From: Acidimicrobiales bacterium
GTDB lineage: Bacteria > Actinomycetota > Acidimicrobiia > Acidimicrobiales > Aldehydirespiratoraceae
Length of the DNA stretch: 64,000 nt
Assembly: GCA_041687805.1 (NCBI GenBank)
Contig: JBDNJK010000031.1
Coordinates: 22,379 to 86,378 of the forward strand
Direction of reading: 5' to 3'
Positions 1 to 8,684 of the stretch are shown one piece after another (the stretch's first letter is position 1; every line of letters starts with the position of its first letter). The notes below the pieces were generated by a model. It did not search any database, had not been told where the DNA came from, and saw only the letters and a program-made list of their open reading frames with translations. A program made the translations under genes and the position numbers.

Positions 1-554
1 TAATCAATCTCAGCACGAAGTGTATGAAGCGGAACACGACCTTCGCGGTACCACTCGGTGCGAGCCATTTCCGAGCCGCCGAGGCGACCCGAGCACTGAA
101 CCCGGATACCGAGAACGCCAGCCTTCTGAGCATTCTGCACGGCACGCTTCATGGCACGGCGGAACGCCACCCGGCCAGCGAGCTGGTCGGCAATGCCTTG
201 AGAGATCAGTGCGGCATCGAGTTCAGGCTGCTTGATCTCTTGGATGTTGAGCTGAACCTTGGCGTTACCGGTCATGTCGCCGAGGTAGCCACGAAGGCGG
301 TCGGCTTCAGCGCCGCGACGACCGATCACGATGCCCGGACGGGCGGTGTGAACATCAACGCGGAGGCGGTCGCGGGTGCGCTCCACCTCGACGCGGCTGA
401 TCGCAGCGTGAGGAAGCTCCTTGAAGAGGTATTCGCGAATCTTGTGATCTTCGATCACGTTGTCGGCGTATTCCTGGCGGTCGGCGAACCAGCGGCTCTT
501 CCACTCAGTTGTGATACCCAGGCGGAAGCCGTAGGGGTTTACCTTCTGTCCCAT
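1..554 (-). CDS. rpsC: 30S ribosomal protein uS3, 5' part (gene runs off the left edge)
   Basis: Not in the ORF track because there is no stop in the window. Reverse translation from ATG 554-552 gives [29 protein letters not shown]...[30 protein letters not shown], canonical uS3. The ATG shares 1 nt with the rplV stop (TGATG). Expected position in the S10 operon. Confidence 0.93.
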   Translation of the reverse strand, partial: MGQKVNPYGFRLGITTEWKSRWFADRQEYADNVIEDHKIREYLFKELPHAAISRVEVERTRDRLRVDVHTARPGIVIGRRGAEADRLRGYLGDMTGNAKVQLNIQEIKQPELDAALISQGIADQLAGRVAFRRAMKRAVQNAQKAGVLGIRVQCSGRLGGSEMARTEWYREGRVPLHTLRAEID

Positions 555-1405
555 CAGCTTTCCTCGTCAGTGTCGTCGCTGTCGTCAGCGGTGTCGGAAT
601 CTGCCTTGGTGCCAGCCTCGGTGAAGCCGGCAACCTCTGCCGCCTCTGCGGTGGCGAAGTAGACCTCGGCGACTGTCTTGTCGTACCAGCGCCCGTCGGG
701 CTGGTGGTACTTCATCGAGTCGGCGTTGCCCTTGATATCGAATCCATCAGGAGCCGATCCGTCGTCGAGAGGCACCGCGCTCATCGCGCCATATGGACCC
801 TCGGGGTTGAGTTTGAGACCATCGTCGTCGCTTGTCGCGTCGTCGCTTGTCGCGTCGTCGTGACCCTCATGTTCGGAATGATCGTGGTCAGCTTCCTTGG
901 CTTCGGCTTCCTTGGCTTCGGCTTCCTTGGCCTCGGCACGCGCCTTGGAGCGTTCGACTCGGCTGCGACGTGCACCGGTTGCTTGGGCGCTGCTGGAGCG
1001 ACCTGCTGCGGTTTCGCGCTCACGGAGCTGTTCGAGTGTGGCCTCGGCGAGGCGGCTCACGATGACCGTGATATGACAGGTGCGCTTGCGGATGCGGCTG
1101 GCGCGACCACGAGCACGCGGCCGGAAACGCTTGAGCGTCGGGCCTTCGTCGGCGTAGCACGCCGACACGAACAGCTCCTCGGCAACTTGGCTGTCGTTGT
1201 GCTCGGCGTTGGCGACGGCCGAATCGAGCACCTTCTTGATCTCATGAGCGATACCACGTTCTGAGAAATCGAGAATCTCGGAAGCTTCGGCATAGCTCTT
1301 GCCACGAATGAGGTCGAGGACCTCACGGGCCTTGTAGGCCGAGGTGTGAATATGGCTGGCCTTGGCATGGGTGCCTGGGCGTTCGTTGGTCTTGGCGGCG
1401 GTCAT
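554..1405 (-). CDS. rplV: 50S ribosomal protein uL22 with ~160-aa C-terminal extension
   Basis: N-terminal ~120 aa ([25 protein letters not shown]...[13 protein letters not shown]) is typical uL22. Sits between rpsS and rpsC. The 283-aa length comes from a repeat-rich acidic tail. Confidence 0.93.
   Translation of the reverse strand: MTAAKTNERPGTHAKASHIHTSAYKAREVLDLIRGKSYAEASEILDFSERGIAHEIKKVLDSAVANAEHNDSQVAEELFVSACYADEGPTLKRFRPRARGRASRIRKRTCHITVIVSRLAEATLEQLRERETAAGRSSSAQATGARRSRVERSKARAEAKEAEAKEAEAKEADHDHSEHEGHDDATSDDATSDDDGLKLNPEGPYGAMSAVPLDDGSAPDGFDIKGNADSMKYHQPDGRWYDKTVAEVYFATAEAAEVAGFTEAGTKADSDTADDSDDTDEES
826..855 (-). repeat. Two perfect 15-bp tandem units (cgtcgcttgtcgcgt) inside the rplV tail, encoding [10 protein letters not shown]
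   Basis: Read directly: 826-840 and 841-855 are identical. In frame. Confidence 0.95.
891..935 (-). repeat. Three 15-bp tandem units (gcttccttggcttcg, third copy with 1 mismatch) inside the rplV tail, encoding EAKEA x3
   Basis: Read directly: 891-905, 906-920, 921-935. Confidence 0.95.
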
Positions 1406-1683
1406 CAGCGACGCGCTCCCCGCTCCTGTCCGGCATGGAACCGGAACGTGCGTGTGGGGGCAAACTCGCCGAGCTTGTGACCGACCATCGACTCGGTCAC
1501 GTAGACCGGGACATGTTTGCGACCGTCGTGAACGGCGAGCGTGTGGCCGACCATGTCGGGGATGATCGTTGAACGGCGAGACCAGGTCTTAATGACCTTC
1601 TTCTCACCAGCCTCGTTGAGTGCGTCAACCTTCTTGAGAAGATGGTCGTCGACGAACGGGCCCTTTTTGAGACTGCGTGGCAT
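1405..1683 (-). CDS. rpsS: 30S ribosomal protein uS19
   Basis: [19 protein letters not shown]...[13 protein letters not shown], canonical S19. Operon position. Confidence 0.97.
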   Translation of the reverse strand: MPRSLKKGPFVDDHLLKKVDALNEAGEKKVIKTWSRRSTIIPDMVGHTLAVHDGRKHVPVYVTESMVGHKLGEFAPTRTFRFHAGQERGARR

Positions 1684-1688
1684 TCTCG

Positions 1689-2525
1689 TTACCTCCGCGA
1701 ACCGCGCGTCCGGCGACGGCGCACAATCAGCTTGTCGGATTCTTGCTTCTTCTTACGGGTACGGCCCTCAGGCTTGCCCCATGGCGAGACCGGATGGCGT
1801 CCACCTGAAGTCTTGCCTTCGCCGCCACCGTGTGGGTGGTCGACCGGGTTCATCACAACACCGCGCGACTGCGGGCGAACGCCCTTCCAGCGGTTGCGGC
1901 CGGCTTTGCCGATCTTCACGAGCTCGTGCTCTGAGTTGCCAACCTCGCCAACCGTGGCACGGCAGTCGATCGGTACACGACGCATTTCCGAGCTGGGCAG
2001 ACGAAGCGTGGCGAAATCGCCTTCCTTCGCAACCAGCTGAATGCTCACACCGGCGCTACGGGCCATCTTGGCTCCCGCGCCAGCCTTGAGCTCCACGTTG
2101 TGAATTATGGTGCCGACCGGGATGTAACGAAGCGGAAGAGTGTTACCGGGACGGACCTCTGCGTTGCGACCCGAGGCGAGAATGTCTCCCACCTTTAGAT
2201 CACGAGGCGCAAGGATGTAGCGCTTTTCGCCGTCGTGATAGTGGAGCAGTGCGATTCGACACGTGCGGTTGGGGTCGTATTCGATGGCCGCAACCGAAGC
2301 CGGCACGCCGTCCTTGGTGCGATCGAAGTCGATCATGCGGTAGCGCTGCTTGTGGCCACCACCTCGATGCCGTGAGGTCATGCGACCCAAATTGTTGCGA
2401 CCGCCGGTGCCTGACTTGGCAGCAAGCAGGCTGCGCTCCGGCTTCGACTTGGTGATCTCGGAGAAATCGGACGAGGTCTGGAACCTGCGGCCGGGACTGG
2501 TTGGCTTGCGCTTGCGAATTGCCAT
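1689..2525 (-). CDS. rplB: 50S ribosomal protein uL2
   Basis: 278 aa, contains ...[26 protein letters not shown]..., the canonical L2 motif. Confidence 0.97.
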   Translation of the reverse strand: MAIRKRKPTSPGRRFQTSSDFSEITKSKPERSLLAAKSGTGGRNNLGRMTSRHRGGGHKQRYRMIDFDRTKDGVPASVAAIEYDPNRTCRIALLHYHDGEKRYILAPRDLKVGDILASGRNAEVRPGNTLPLRYIPVGTIIHNVELKAGAGAKMARSAGVSIQLVAKEGDFATLRLPSSEMRRVPIDCRATVGEVGNSEHELVKIGKAGRNRWKGVRPQSRGVVMNPVDHPHGGGEGKTSGGRHPVSPWGKPEGRTRKKKQESDKLIVRRRRTRGSRR

Positions 2526-2528
2526 GGG

Positions 2529-2819
2529 TCAGGCCTCAAAGAGTTCGATCGAGTCACCCTCGGCAAGAGTGACTAGGGCTCGCTTCTGGTCAGCGCGCTT
2601 GCCGTAGCTGCCGGTGCGGCGGTTACGGATGCGCTTGCCCTTGCGGTTGAGCGTGTTGACATTGAGAACCGTGACATCGAAAATTGATTCGACTGCGTCG
2701 CGGATCTCCGGCTTCGACGCCTTGGGGGCGACAATGAACGTGTAGGTATTGGCCTCGAGGAGCGCATAAGACTTCTCAGACACGACTGGCCGAATGATCA
2801 CATCGCGGGCGTCCTTCAT
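2529..2819 (-). CDS. rplW: 50S ribosomal protein uL23
   Basis: 96 aa, [15 protein letters not shown]... typical L23. Between rplD and rplB. Confidence 0.95.
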   Translation of the reverse strand: MKDARDVIIRPVVSEKSYALLEANTYTFIVAPKASKPEIRDAVESIFDVTVLNVNTLNRKGKRIRNRRTGSYGKRADQKRALVTLAEGDSIELFEA

Positions 2820-3433
2820 CAGGAAACACCTCCCGGCAGGGTCTCTTTGGTGAACACCACGAAATCACTATTGATGATGTCGTAGGTGTTGAGTTCGGAT
2901 GGGGTCAGGCAGTGAACCGACGGCAGGTTGCGAAAACTCAACCATGCGTTCTCGTTGGCGTCTGCGAGAACCATGAGGACCTTGCCATCGACACCAATGG
3001 CCTCCAGGGCCTTGACTGCGTCGCTGGTCTTGGGACCCTCGAACGACCATGAATCGACGACTATGACCTTGTCATCGGAGGCACGATCGGACAGAGCCGA
3101 ACGAAGAGCCAAGCGAATCATCTTCTTGGGGGTCCGCTGGCTGTAATCGCGGGGGTGCGGGCCATGGGCCACGCCGCCACCACGCCACTGAGGCGAGCGA
3201 ATCGAACCCTGACGAGCGCGACCTGTGCCCTTCTGACGCCACGGTTTGGCACCGCCACCACGCACCTGAGCACGTGTCTTGGTGCTGTGTGTGCCGGCTC
3301 GACGAGCTGCCAATTGTGCGGTGACCACCTGATGCAATACCGGCATATTGGGTTCGATGCCGAAATACTCGTCGGAAAGTTCGACCTTTCCGGCGTCGGC
3401 GCCGGTCTGACTCTTGACAGAAACGTTGCCCAT
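2819..3433 (-). CDS. rplD: 50S ribosomal protein uL4
   Basis: 204 aa, ...[35 protein letters not shown]..., L4 signature. Confidence 0.96.
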   Translation of the reverse strand: MGNVSVKSQTGADAGKVELSDEYFGIEPNMPVLHQVVTAQLAARRAGTHSTKTRAQVRGGGAKPWRQKGTGRARQGSIRSPQWRGGGVAHGPHPRDYSQRTPKKMIRLALRSALSDRASDDKVIVVDSWSFEGPKTSDAVKALEAIGVDGKVLMVLADANENAWLSFRNLPSVHCLTPSELNTYDIINSDFVVFTKETLPGGVS

Positions 3434-3434
3434 G

Positions 3435-4073
3435 TCAGCTTCCCTTCACAGCGTTGCGGATCACGACGGTGCCGCCCTGGGGTCCGGGTACGGAGCCCCT
3501 GACCAGCAAGACCTGCGCCTCAGGGTCTGACTTGACGACCATGAGATTGAGGGTGGTGACCTTCTCGGCACCCATACGACCCGGGAGCTTCTTGCCCCGA
3601 AACACGCGAGATGGTGTGGCGCATTGCCCGACCGATCCGGGCTTGCGATGGTTGCGATGGGCGCCGTGTGATGCGGGCGCACCTTTGAAGCCGTGACGCT
3701 TCATTGCACCGGCAAATCCTTTACCACGTGAGACGGCGGTGACGTCCACGAGTTCGCCCTGGCTCAGAAGATCGGCCGATATCTCCTGGCCGACCGAGAA
3801 TTCACTGACATCATCGAGGCGTAGCTCGACGAGCTTGCGGCCCGGCTCCACACCTGCTTTGGAGAAATGTCCGGCCTCTGGCCGGGAAAACTTCGATTCG
3901 TCCCGCACGCCAATTGTGACTTGGATGGCGCTGTAGCCCTCGTGTTCAGGTGTTTTCACCTGCACGACTCGACACGGCGACACGCGTAGGACCGTTACCG
4001 GGACGATGCGGTTCTCTTCGTCCCATACCTGCGTCATGCCGACTTTCTCGCCGACTATCGCCTTGGTGGCCAT
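3435..4073 (-). CDS. rplC: 50S ribosomal protein uL3
   Basis: 212 aa, GEKVGMTQVWDE...VTAVSRGKGFAGAMKRHGFKG..., L3 signature. Confidence 0.96.
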   Translation of the reverse strand: MATKAIVGEKVGMTQVWDEENRIVPVTVLRVSPCRVVQVKTPEHEGYSAIQVTIGVRDESKFSRPEAGHFSKAGVEPGRKLVELRLDDVSEFSVGQEISADLLSQGELVDVTAVSRGKGFAGAMKRHGFKGAPASHGAHRNHRKPGSVGQCATPSRVFRGKKLPGRMGAEKVTTLNLMVVKSDPEAQVLLVRGSVPGPQGGTVVIRNAVKGS

Positions 4074-4306
4074 GGTTGCTTCCTGTGGTCGTGATGCGTG
4101 GGCATCTGCTCACGCGAACGCTCCGCACAGGCAAGCTGGCGGAGCGTCGTTAGGTTTTGCCGTGTGGTACCCGTGGGGCCTTCGCGGACTTCGATTTCGC
4201 CAACCGGATAAACCGGTGAGGCGAAGTGACATGGTAGCGCCACGATTGGAATGCACCAACCAGGGTCCGCTTCTCAGTTTCACAACACCACTAGCGTCGC
4301 TGGCCG

Positions 4307-5449
4307 ATGACAATGATGGACCAGTTGCCGTCCGGCACCAAAATTCCGCCCTGGATCATTAAGGCGATCGCCCTGTTCTGGCTCGGATGGGTGGCTGTCT
4401 ACATCGGCACTGGGATGGTCCGCGCCCTCAGATCGTTCATTTTGGTCGTCTTGATCTCACTGTTCATTTCCTTTGCCGTCGAGCCGGCAGTCAACCGCCT
4501 CGAGACTTGGGGAATTCGCCGGGGCGCTGGCACCGGTTTGGTGTTCCTCTCCATCATTGCGCTCATGGCCGGATTCTCCGTTGCGGTTGGCGCTGCGCTC
4601 TCCACCCAGATCACCGAATTTGTCGATCAAGTTCCGGGCTACCTCGATGACATCGATGCTTGGATCTTCAGAAACTTCAACACCCACGTTGATTTCGACC
4701 AGATCCGCAAAGAGTTCGTCACTGGTGGAGGCGTTCAGGGCTACGCAGGCACATTCGCCAACAACATCGTGGGGCTCGGCACCTTCGTCATCGGAATTCT
4801 GTTCCAGGCATTCACGGTATTGCTGTTCGTGTTCTACATGGTGGCCGAAGGACCCAAGTTCCGCAGAACAGTCTGCTCATTCCTTGAACCGGAAAGACAG
4901 GAAACGGTGCTGGCGATTTGGGACCTCGCCATCGAGAAGACCGGCGGCTACATATACAGCCGCTCGATACTCGCGATTCTGTCAGCACTATCGCACTGGA
5001 TCGTCTTCTCGATCATCGGTGTCCCGTTCCCGTTGCCGCTGGCGCTCTGGGTCGGGGTCGTGTCGCAATTCATACCCGTGATCGGCACCTACTTCGCCGG
5101 TGCCCTCCCCGTGCTCATAGCTGTCATCGACAAACCGAGCGAGGGACTCTGGGCGCTTGTCATGGTCATCATCTATCAGCAGATCGAGAACTACTTCTTT
5201 GCACCGAAAATCACTGCCCGCACCATGGAGATTCACGTTGCCGTGGCGTTTGCTGCGGTGTTGATCGGCAGTGCGTTGCTGGGCGTCGTCGGCGCACTGT
5301 TGGCCCTTCCGTTCACGGCCACGGTGCAAGGATTCGTATCGGGATATCGCAGCCATCACGACATCGGGGAAAACGCTCTGGCGGCGAGCGCACAGCGACG
5401 TAGTCGACGGCGCAAACGGGGTGGGTCCGCTGAGAAGATCGTGCCCTGA
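4307..5449 (+). CDS. AI-2E family (PerM/UPF0118) membrane transporter
   Basis: 380 aa polytopic membrane protein. C-terminal half ...IYQQIENYFFAPKITARTMEIHVAVAFAAVLIGSALLGVVGALLALP... matches the AI-2E family pattern. Confidence 0.8.
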   Translation: MTMMDQLPSGTKIPPWIIKAIALFWLGWVAVYIGTGMVRALRSFILVVLISLFISFAVEPAVNRLETWGIRRGAGTGLVFLSIIALMAGFSVAVGAALSTQITEFVDQVPGYLDDIDAWIFRNFNTHVDFDQIRKEFVTGGGVQGYAGTFANNIVGLGTFVIGILFQAFTVLLFVFYMVAEGPKFRRTVCSFLEPERQETVLAIWDLAIEKTGGYIYSRSILAILSALSHWIVFSIIGVPFPLPLALWVGVVSQFIPVIGTYFAGALPVLIAVIDKPSEGLWALVMVIIYQQIENYFFAPKITARTMEIHVAVAFAAVLIGSALLGVVGALLALPFTATVQGFVSGYRSHHDIGENALAASAQRRSRRRKRGGSAEKIVP

Positions 5450-5485
5450 CTCAATTCGCGCTGTGCTAGTGCAGGTCGGGCCAAC

Positions 5486-6175
5486 TCAGGCGGTCATGAT
5501 TGCGCTGTCGACCAAGCGGCTCCGGCGATCCTGGTCTGCCCGAAAGTTGGTGAAGTAGACCGCCGCTTCGGTGCGACTACTCATATTCAGTTTCCGGAGC
5601 ACGTTCGACACGTAGTTCTTCACCGTCTTCTCAGCCAAGTTCATTCGACCGGCTATCTGTCGATTGGTCAGACCCTCGGAGAGGTGATCCAGCAATCGGC
5701 GCTCCTGAGGGCTGAGATTGTCGAGAGCGGATCCATTCTGCACGCGTGATCCACCAGAGCGCACGCGCTCCAACAATTGGCGGGTGAGAGTTGGGTCAAT
5801 GAGTGTTCCGCCTCCAGCTACGAGACGAATGGACCTCACCAATTCTCCGCCGTCGGTGCGCTTCAGCAGGAATCCCGACGCATCGGCCCGGATGGCGCTA
5901 AGCAATACGTCATCGTTTGAATAGGACGTAAGGATGAGGCACGCGACGTCATCGGTTTGGCCCATGACGCCACTACACACATCGAGGCCATTACCATCCG
6001 GGAGCCTGAGGTCCAGCAGGGCAACGTCGGGCTTCATCGCGATGATCTGGCGAAGACCCTCGACGGCTGTTCCCGCCTCGCCAATCACCTCGATGTCTTC
6101 CTCGCGATCGAGCACCGCTTTTAGCCCTTCACGAACCAATTCGTGGTCATCCACGAGAAACACTCGAATCATCAT
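5486..6175 (-). CDS. NarL/FixJ (LuxR-type) response regulator, no adjacent kinase
   Basis: REC domain (VFLVDDHELVREGL...DVALLDLRLPDGNG) plus C-terminal LuxR HTH (LSPQERRLLDHLSEGLTNRQIAGRMNLAEKTVKNYVSNVLRKL). Confidence 0.9.
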   Translation of the reverse strand: MMIRVFLVDDHELVREGLKAVLDREEDIEVIGEAGTAVEGLRQIIAMKPDVALLDLRLPDGNGLDVCSGVMGQTDDVACLILTSYSNDDVLLSAIRADASGFLLKRTDGGELVRSIRLVAGGGTLIDPTLTRQLLERVRSGGSRVQNGSALDNLSPQERRLLDHLSEGLTNRQIAGRMNLAEKTVKNYVSNVLRKLNMSSRTEAAVYFTNFRADQDRRSRLVDSAIMTA

Positions 6176-6369
6176 CGGATCCTCTCATCTATCGGCCCCA
6201 TCGTGCCGCCACCACCCCATCGGTCCCATGCCGCCACTTACTTGACCGCCTTGACCCCCGAGTCATCAAATACGAGTTGCGCGGCCCATGCCCGTCATGA
6301 CATTAGTAAATGTCTAGGTGGGACGATCGGCCCACGCATGAGCTACCGTCAGGCGGAATGTAGAAACCT

Positions 6370-7023
6370 ATGGGAGGACCATTAACGACCATACGAATCA
6401 CCAAGCTACGTTTCGGCGCGCTTCTACTCGCCGTAACGCTGCTTGTACCATCCGCAGCGTGGGCAACCCACGTGTTCATCGACGTGCCCGATACATCGCC
6501 CTTCGCGGCAGACATCGAATGGGCATCCACGAACGGCATCACATCAGGTCGCGACGGTGTCCATTTCGAACCCGGCATCAACGTGACCCGCCAGGAAAGC
6601 GTGGCATTTTTAAAGCGCTACAACGACAACGTCGCCGCTCCGGCCACCGCCGCGAACACCGCTGCGATTGCCGCACTTCCGTCGGTGATGTGGGCGCGAG
6701 TGGCCGCGAACGGAACGGTCGAAGCCTCCAGCGGCAGCGTTACCGTGAACCACGCTGGCACCGGGTTTTTCGACGTCACGTTTCCCCAGAACGTCGGGAA
6801 CTGTGCCATCCAAACCGCTCTATACATGCGATCTAACGGTTTCGCGCTGGGCCTTATCGGGCTTGCGTACTTGCATGAGGGATTCACCTACGCCAACGAC
6901 AACGATTCCGTAAACGACGGAACTGTTCGCGCCTTTACCGCCACGCACGATTTGACTAGCGCTAGCGGTAACGATTTCGGCGTCAATATCGATCTGCCGT
7001 TCACAATCACCGCCAACTGCTAA
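6370..7023 (+). CDS. Secreted protein with one S-layer-homology (SLH)-like repeat
   Basis: Signal peptide (LLLAVTLLVPSAAWA). FIDVPDTSPFAADIEWASTNGITSGRDGVHFEPGINVTRQESVAFLKRY fits the SLH pattern. The C-terminal ~130 aa are unassigned. Confidence 0.6.
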   Translation: MGGPLTTIRITKLRFGALLLAVTLLVPSAAWATHVFIDVPDTSPFAADIEWASTNGITSGRDGVHFEPGINVTRQESVAFLKRYNDNVAAPATAANTAAIAALPSVMWARVAANGTVEASSGSVTVNHAGTGFFDVTFPQNVGNCAIQTALYMRSNGFALGLIGLAYLHEGFTYANDNDSVNDGTVRAFTATHDLTSASGNDFGVNIDLPFTITANC

Positions 7024-7046
7024 CACTGCAGGACCCCGCACGCGGA

Positions 7047-7077
7047 AGAGCCCCGGACTTTCGTCCGGGGCTCTTTT
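7047..7077. terminator. Hairpin between convergent SLH-like gene and rpsJ (agagccccggac-tttc-gtccggggctct, then tttt on the + strand)
   Basis: 12-bp perfect stem, 4-nt loop, T-run on the plus strand. Lies 50 nt past the rpsJ stop on the minus strand. Confidence 0.6.
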
Positions 7078-7126
7078 CATGTGCAAGCACATTCGGCGTC
7101 GCTGCGCCGTTCAATGATCTTCGATC

Positions 7127-7447
7127 TCAACTCTGCTGGATCTTAATTTCGATGTCGACTCCGGCCGGCAGGTCGAGCCGTTGCAACGAATCGACCGTCT
7201 TGGGAGTGGGATCGAGGATGTCGAGCAGACGCTTGTGAATGCGCATCTCGAAGTGCTCTCTCGAGTCCTTGTCCTTGAACGGGCCCTTCACGACCGTGAA
7301 GCGATGCTTCTCGGTCGGCAACGGGATCGGTCCCGACATGGTGGCGTTCGTCCGCTTCACCGTCTCGACAATCTTCTTCGTCGACTGATCGATGATCTCG
7401 TGGTCGTAGGCCTTCAGCCGGATCCGGATCTTCTGCCCTGTAGCCAT
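7127..7447 (-). CDS. rpsJ: 30S ribosomal protein uS10
   Basis: 106 aa, [28 protein letters not shown]...[12 protein letters not shown], canonical S10. Starts 8 nt after the tuf stop. Confidence 0.97.
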   Translation of the reverse strand: MATGQKIRIRLKAYDHEIIDQSTKKIVETVKRTNATMSGPIPLPTEKHRFTVVKGPFKDKDSREHFEMRIHKRLLDILDPTPKTVDSLQRLDLPAGVDIEIKIQQS

Positions 7448-7455
7448 TGTCAGCC

Positions 7456-8643
7456 TTACTTAGTGATCTTGGTGACAGAACCAGCGCCAACGGTGCGCCC
7501 ACCCTCACGGATGGCGAAACGAAGACCCTCGTCCATGGCGATCGGGTGGATCAGCTCCACGTGCATCGTGGTGTTGTCGCCAGGCATGCACATCTCGGTG
7601 CCTTCAGGCAAGGTGATGTTGCCGGTGACATCAGTGGTGCGGAAGTAGAACTGCGGGCGATAGTTGGAGAAGAACGGCTTGTGACGGCCACCCTCGTCCT
7701 TGCTCAGCACGTAGACCTGTGCTTCGAAGTCGGTGTGGGGGGTGATGCTGCCGGGCTTGGCCAGCACCTGGCCACGCTGGACCTCGTCCTTGTCGATGCC
7801 ACGCAGAAGCGCGCCGATGTTGTCGCCAGCGCGACCCTCATCGAGAAGCTTGCGGAACATCTCCACGGCGGTGCAGACGGTCTTGGACGTGTCCTTGATA
7901 CCCACGATTTCCAGCTCGTCGCCAGTGTGAACGATGCCCTGTTCGACACGACCGGTGACAACGGTGCCGCGACCGGTGATCGAGAAGACATCTTCGATCG
8001 GCATGAGGAAGGGCTTGTCGACATCACGCTCGGGAGTCGGGATGTATTCGTCGACCTTCTCCATGAGCTCCAAGATGCCGGCTGCCGCATCGGCGTCGCC
8101 TTCGAGAGCCTTGAGAGCGGACACACGAATGATCGGCGTGTCGTCGCCCGGAAAGTCGTACTCGTCGAGCAGTTCGCGGACTTCCATGTCGACCAATTCG
8201 AGAAGTTCCTCGTCGTCGACCATGTCAACCTTGTTGAGCGCAACAACGATCTTCGGCACGCCAACCTGACGGGCAAGCAGCACGTGCTCACGAGTCTGAG
8301 GCATGGGACCATCGGCTGCGGACACAACAAGAATGGCACCGTCGACCTGGGCCGCACCGGTGATCATGTTCTTGATGTAGTCGGCGTGCCCGGGCATGTC
8401 GACGTGCGCGTAATGACGATTGGGTGTCTCGTACTCGACGTGAGACACGTTGATGGTGATGCCGCGTTCACGCTCTTCGGGAGCGTTGTCGATGTTGGCG
8501 AATTCGGTGAAGGACGTGCCTTCGACCTTTTCGGACAGCACCTTGGTGATTGCGGCGGTCAGTGTGGTTTTGCCGTGGTCGATATGGCCCATGGTGCCCA
8601 CATTTACGTGGGGCTTCGACCTATCGAAATGCTCCTTGCCCAT
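7456..8643 (-). CDS. tuf: Elongation factor Tu
   Basis: 395 aa, [18 protein letters not shown]..., [12 protein letters not shown] motifs. Confidence 0.98.
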   Translation of the reverse strand: MGKEHFDRSKPHVNVGTMGHIDHGKTTLTAAITKVLSEKVEGTSFTEFANIDNAPEERERGITINVSHVEYETPNRHYAHVDMPGHADYIKNMITGAAQVDGAILVVSAADGPMPQTREHVLLARQVGVPKIVVALNKVDMVDDEELLELVDMEVRELLDEYDFPGDDTPIIRVSALKALEGDADAAAGILELMEKVDEYIPTPERDVDKPFLMPIEDVFSITGRGTVVTGRVEQGIVHTGDELEIVGIKDTSKTVCTAVEMFRKLLDEGRAGDNIGALLRGIDKDEVQRGQVLAKPGSITPHTDFEAQVYVLSKDEGGRHKPFFSNYRPQFYFRTTDVTGNITLPEGTEMCMPGDNTTMHVELIHPIAMDEGLRFAIREGGRTVGAGSVTKITK

Positions 8644-8684
8644 TGCTTTTCCTCGTTAGCTTCTTGTGTGAGACCGATTGACGA

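Noticed and set aside
24-662. 212-aa plus-strand ORF at the left edge
   Set aside because: It overlaps the clear minus-strand uS3 N-terminal coding sequence and the rplV 3' end, so it is a shadow ORF.
4283-4291. Shared 9-mer gcgtcgctg at both flanks of the rpsJ/rplC insertion (also at 7096-7104), considered as target-site duplication
   Set aside because: It is too short and GC-typical to be significant in 64 kb of GC-rich DNA, and there are no adjacent inverted repeats or mobility genes.
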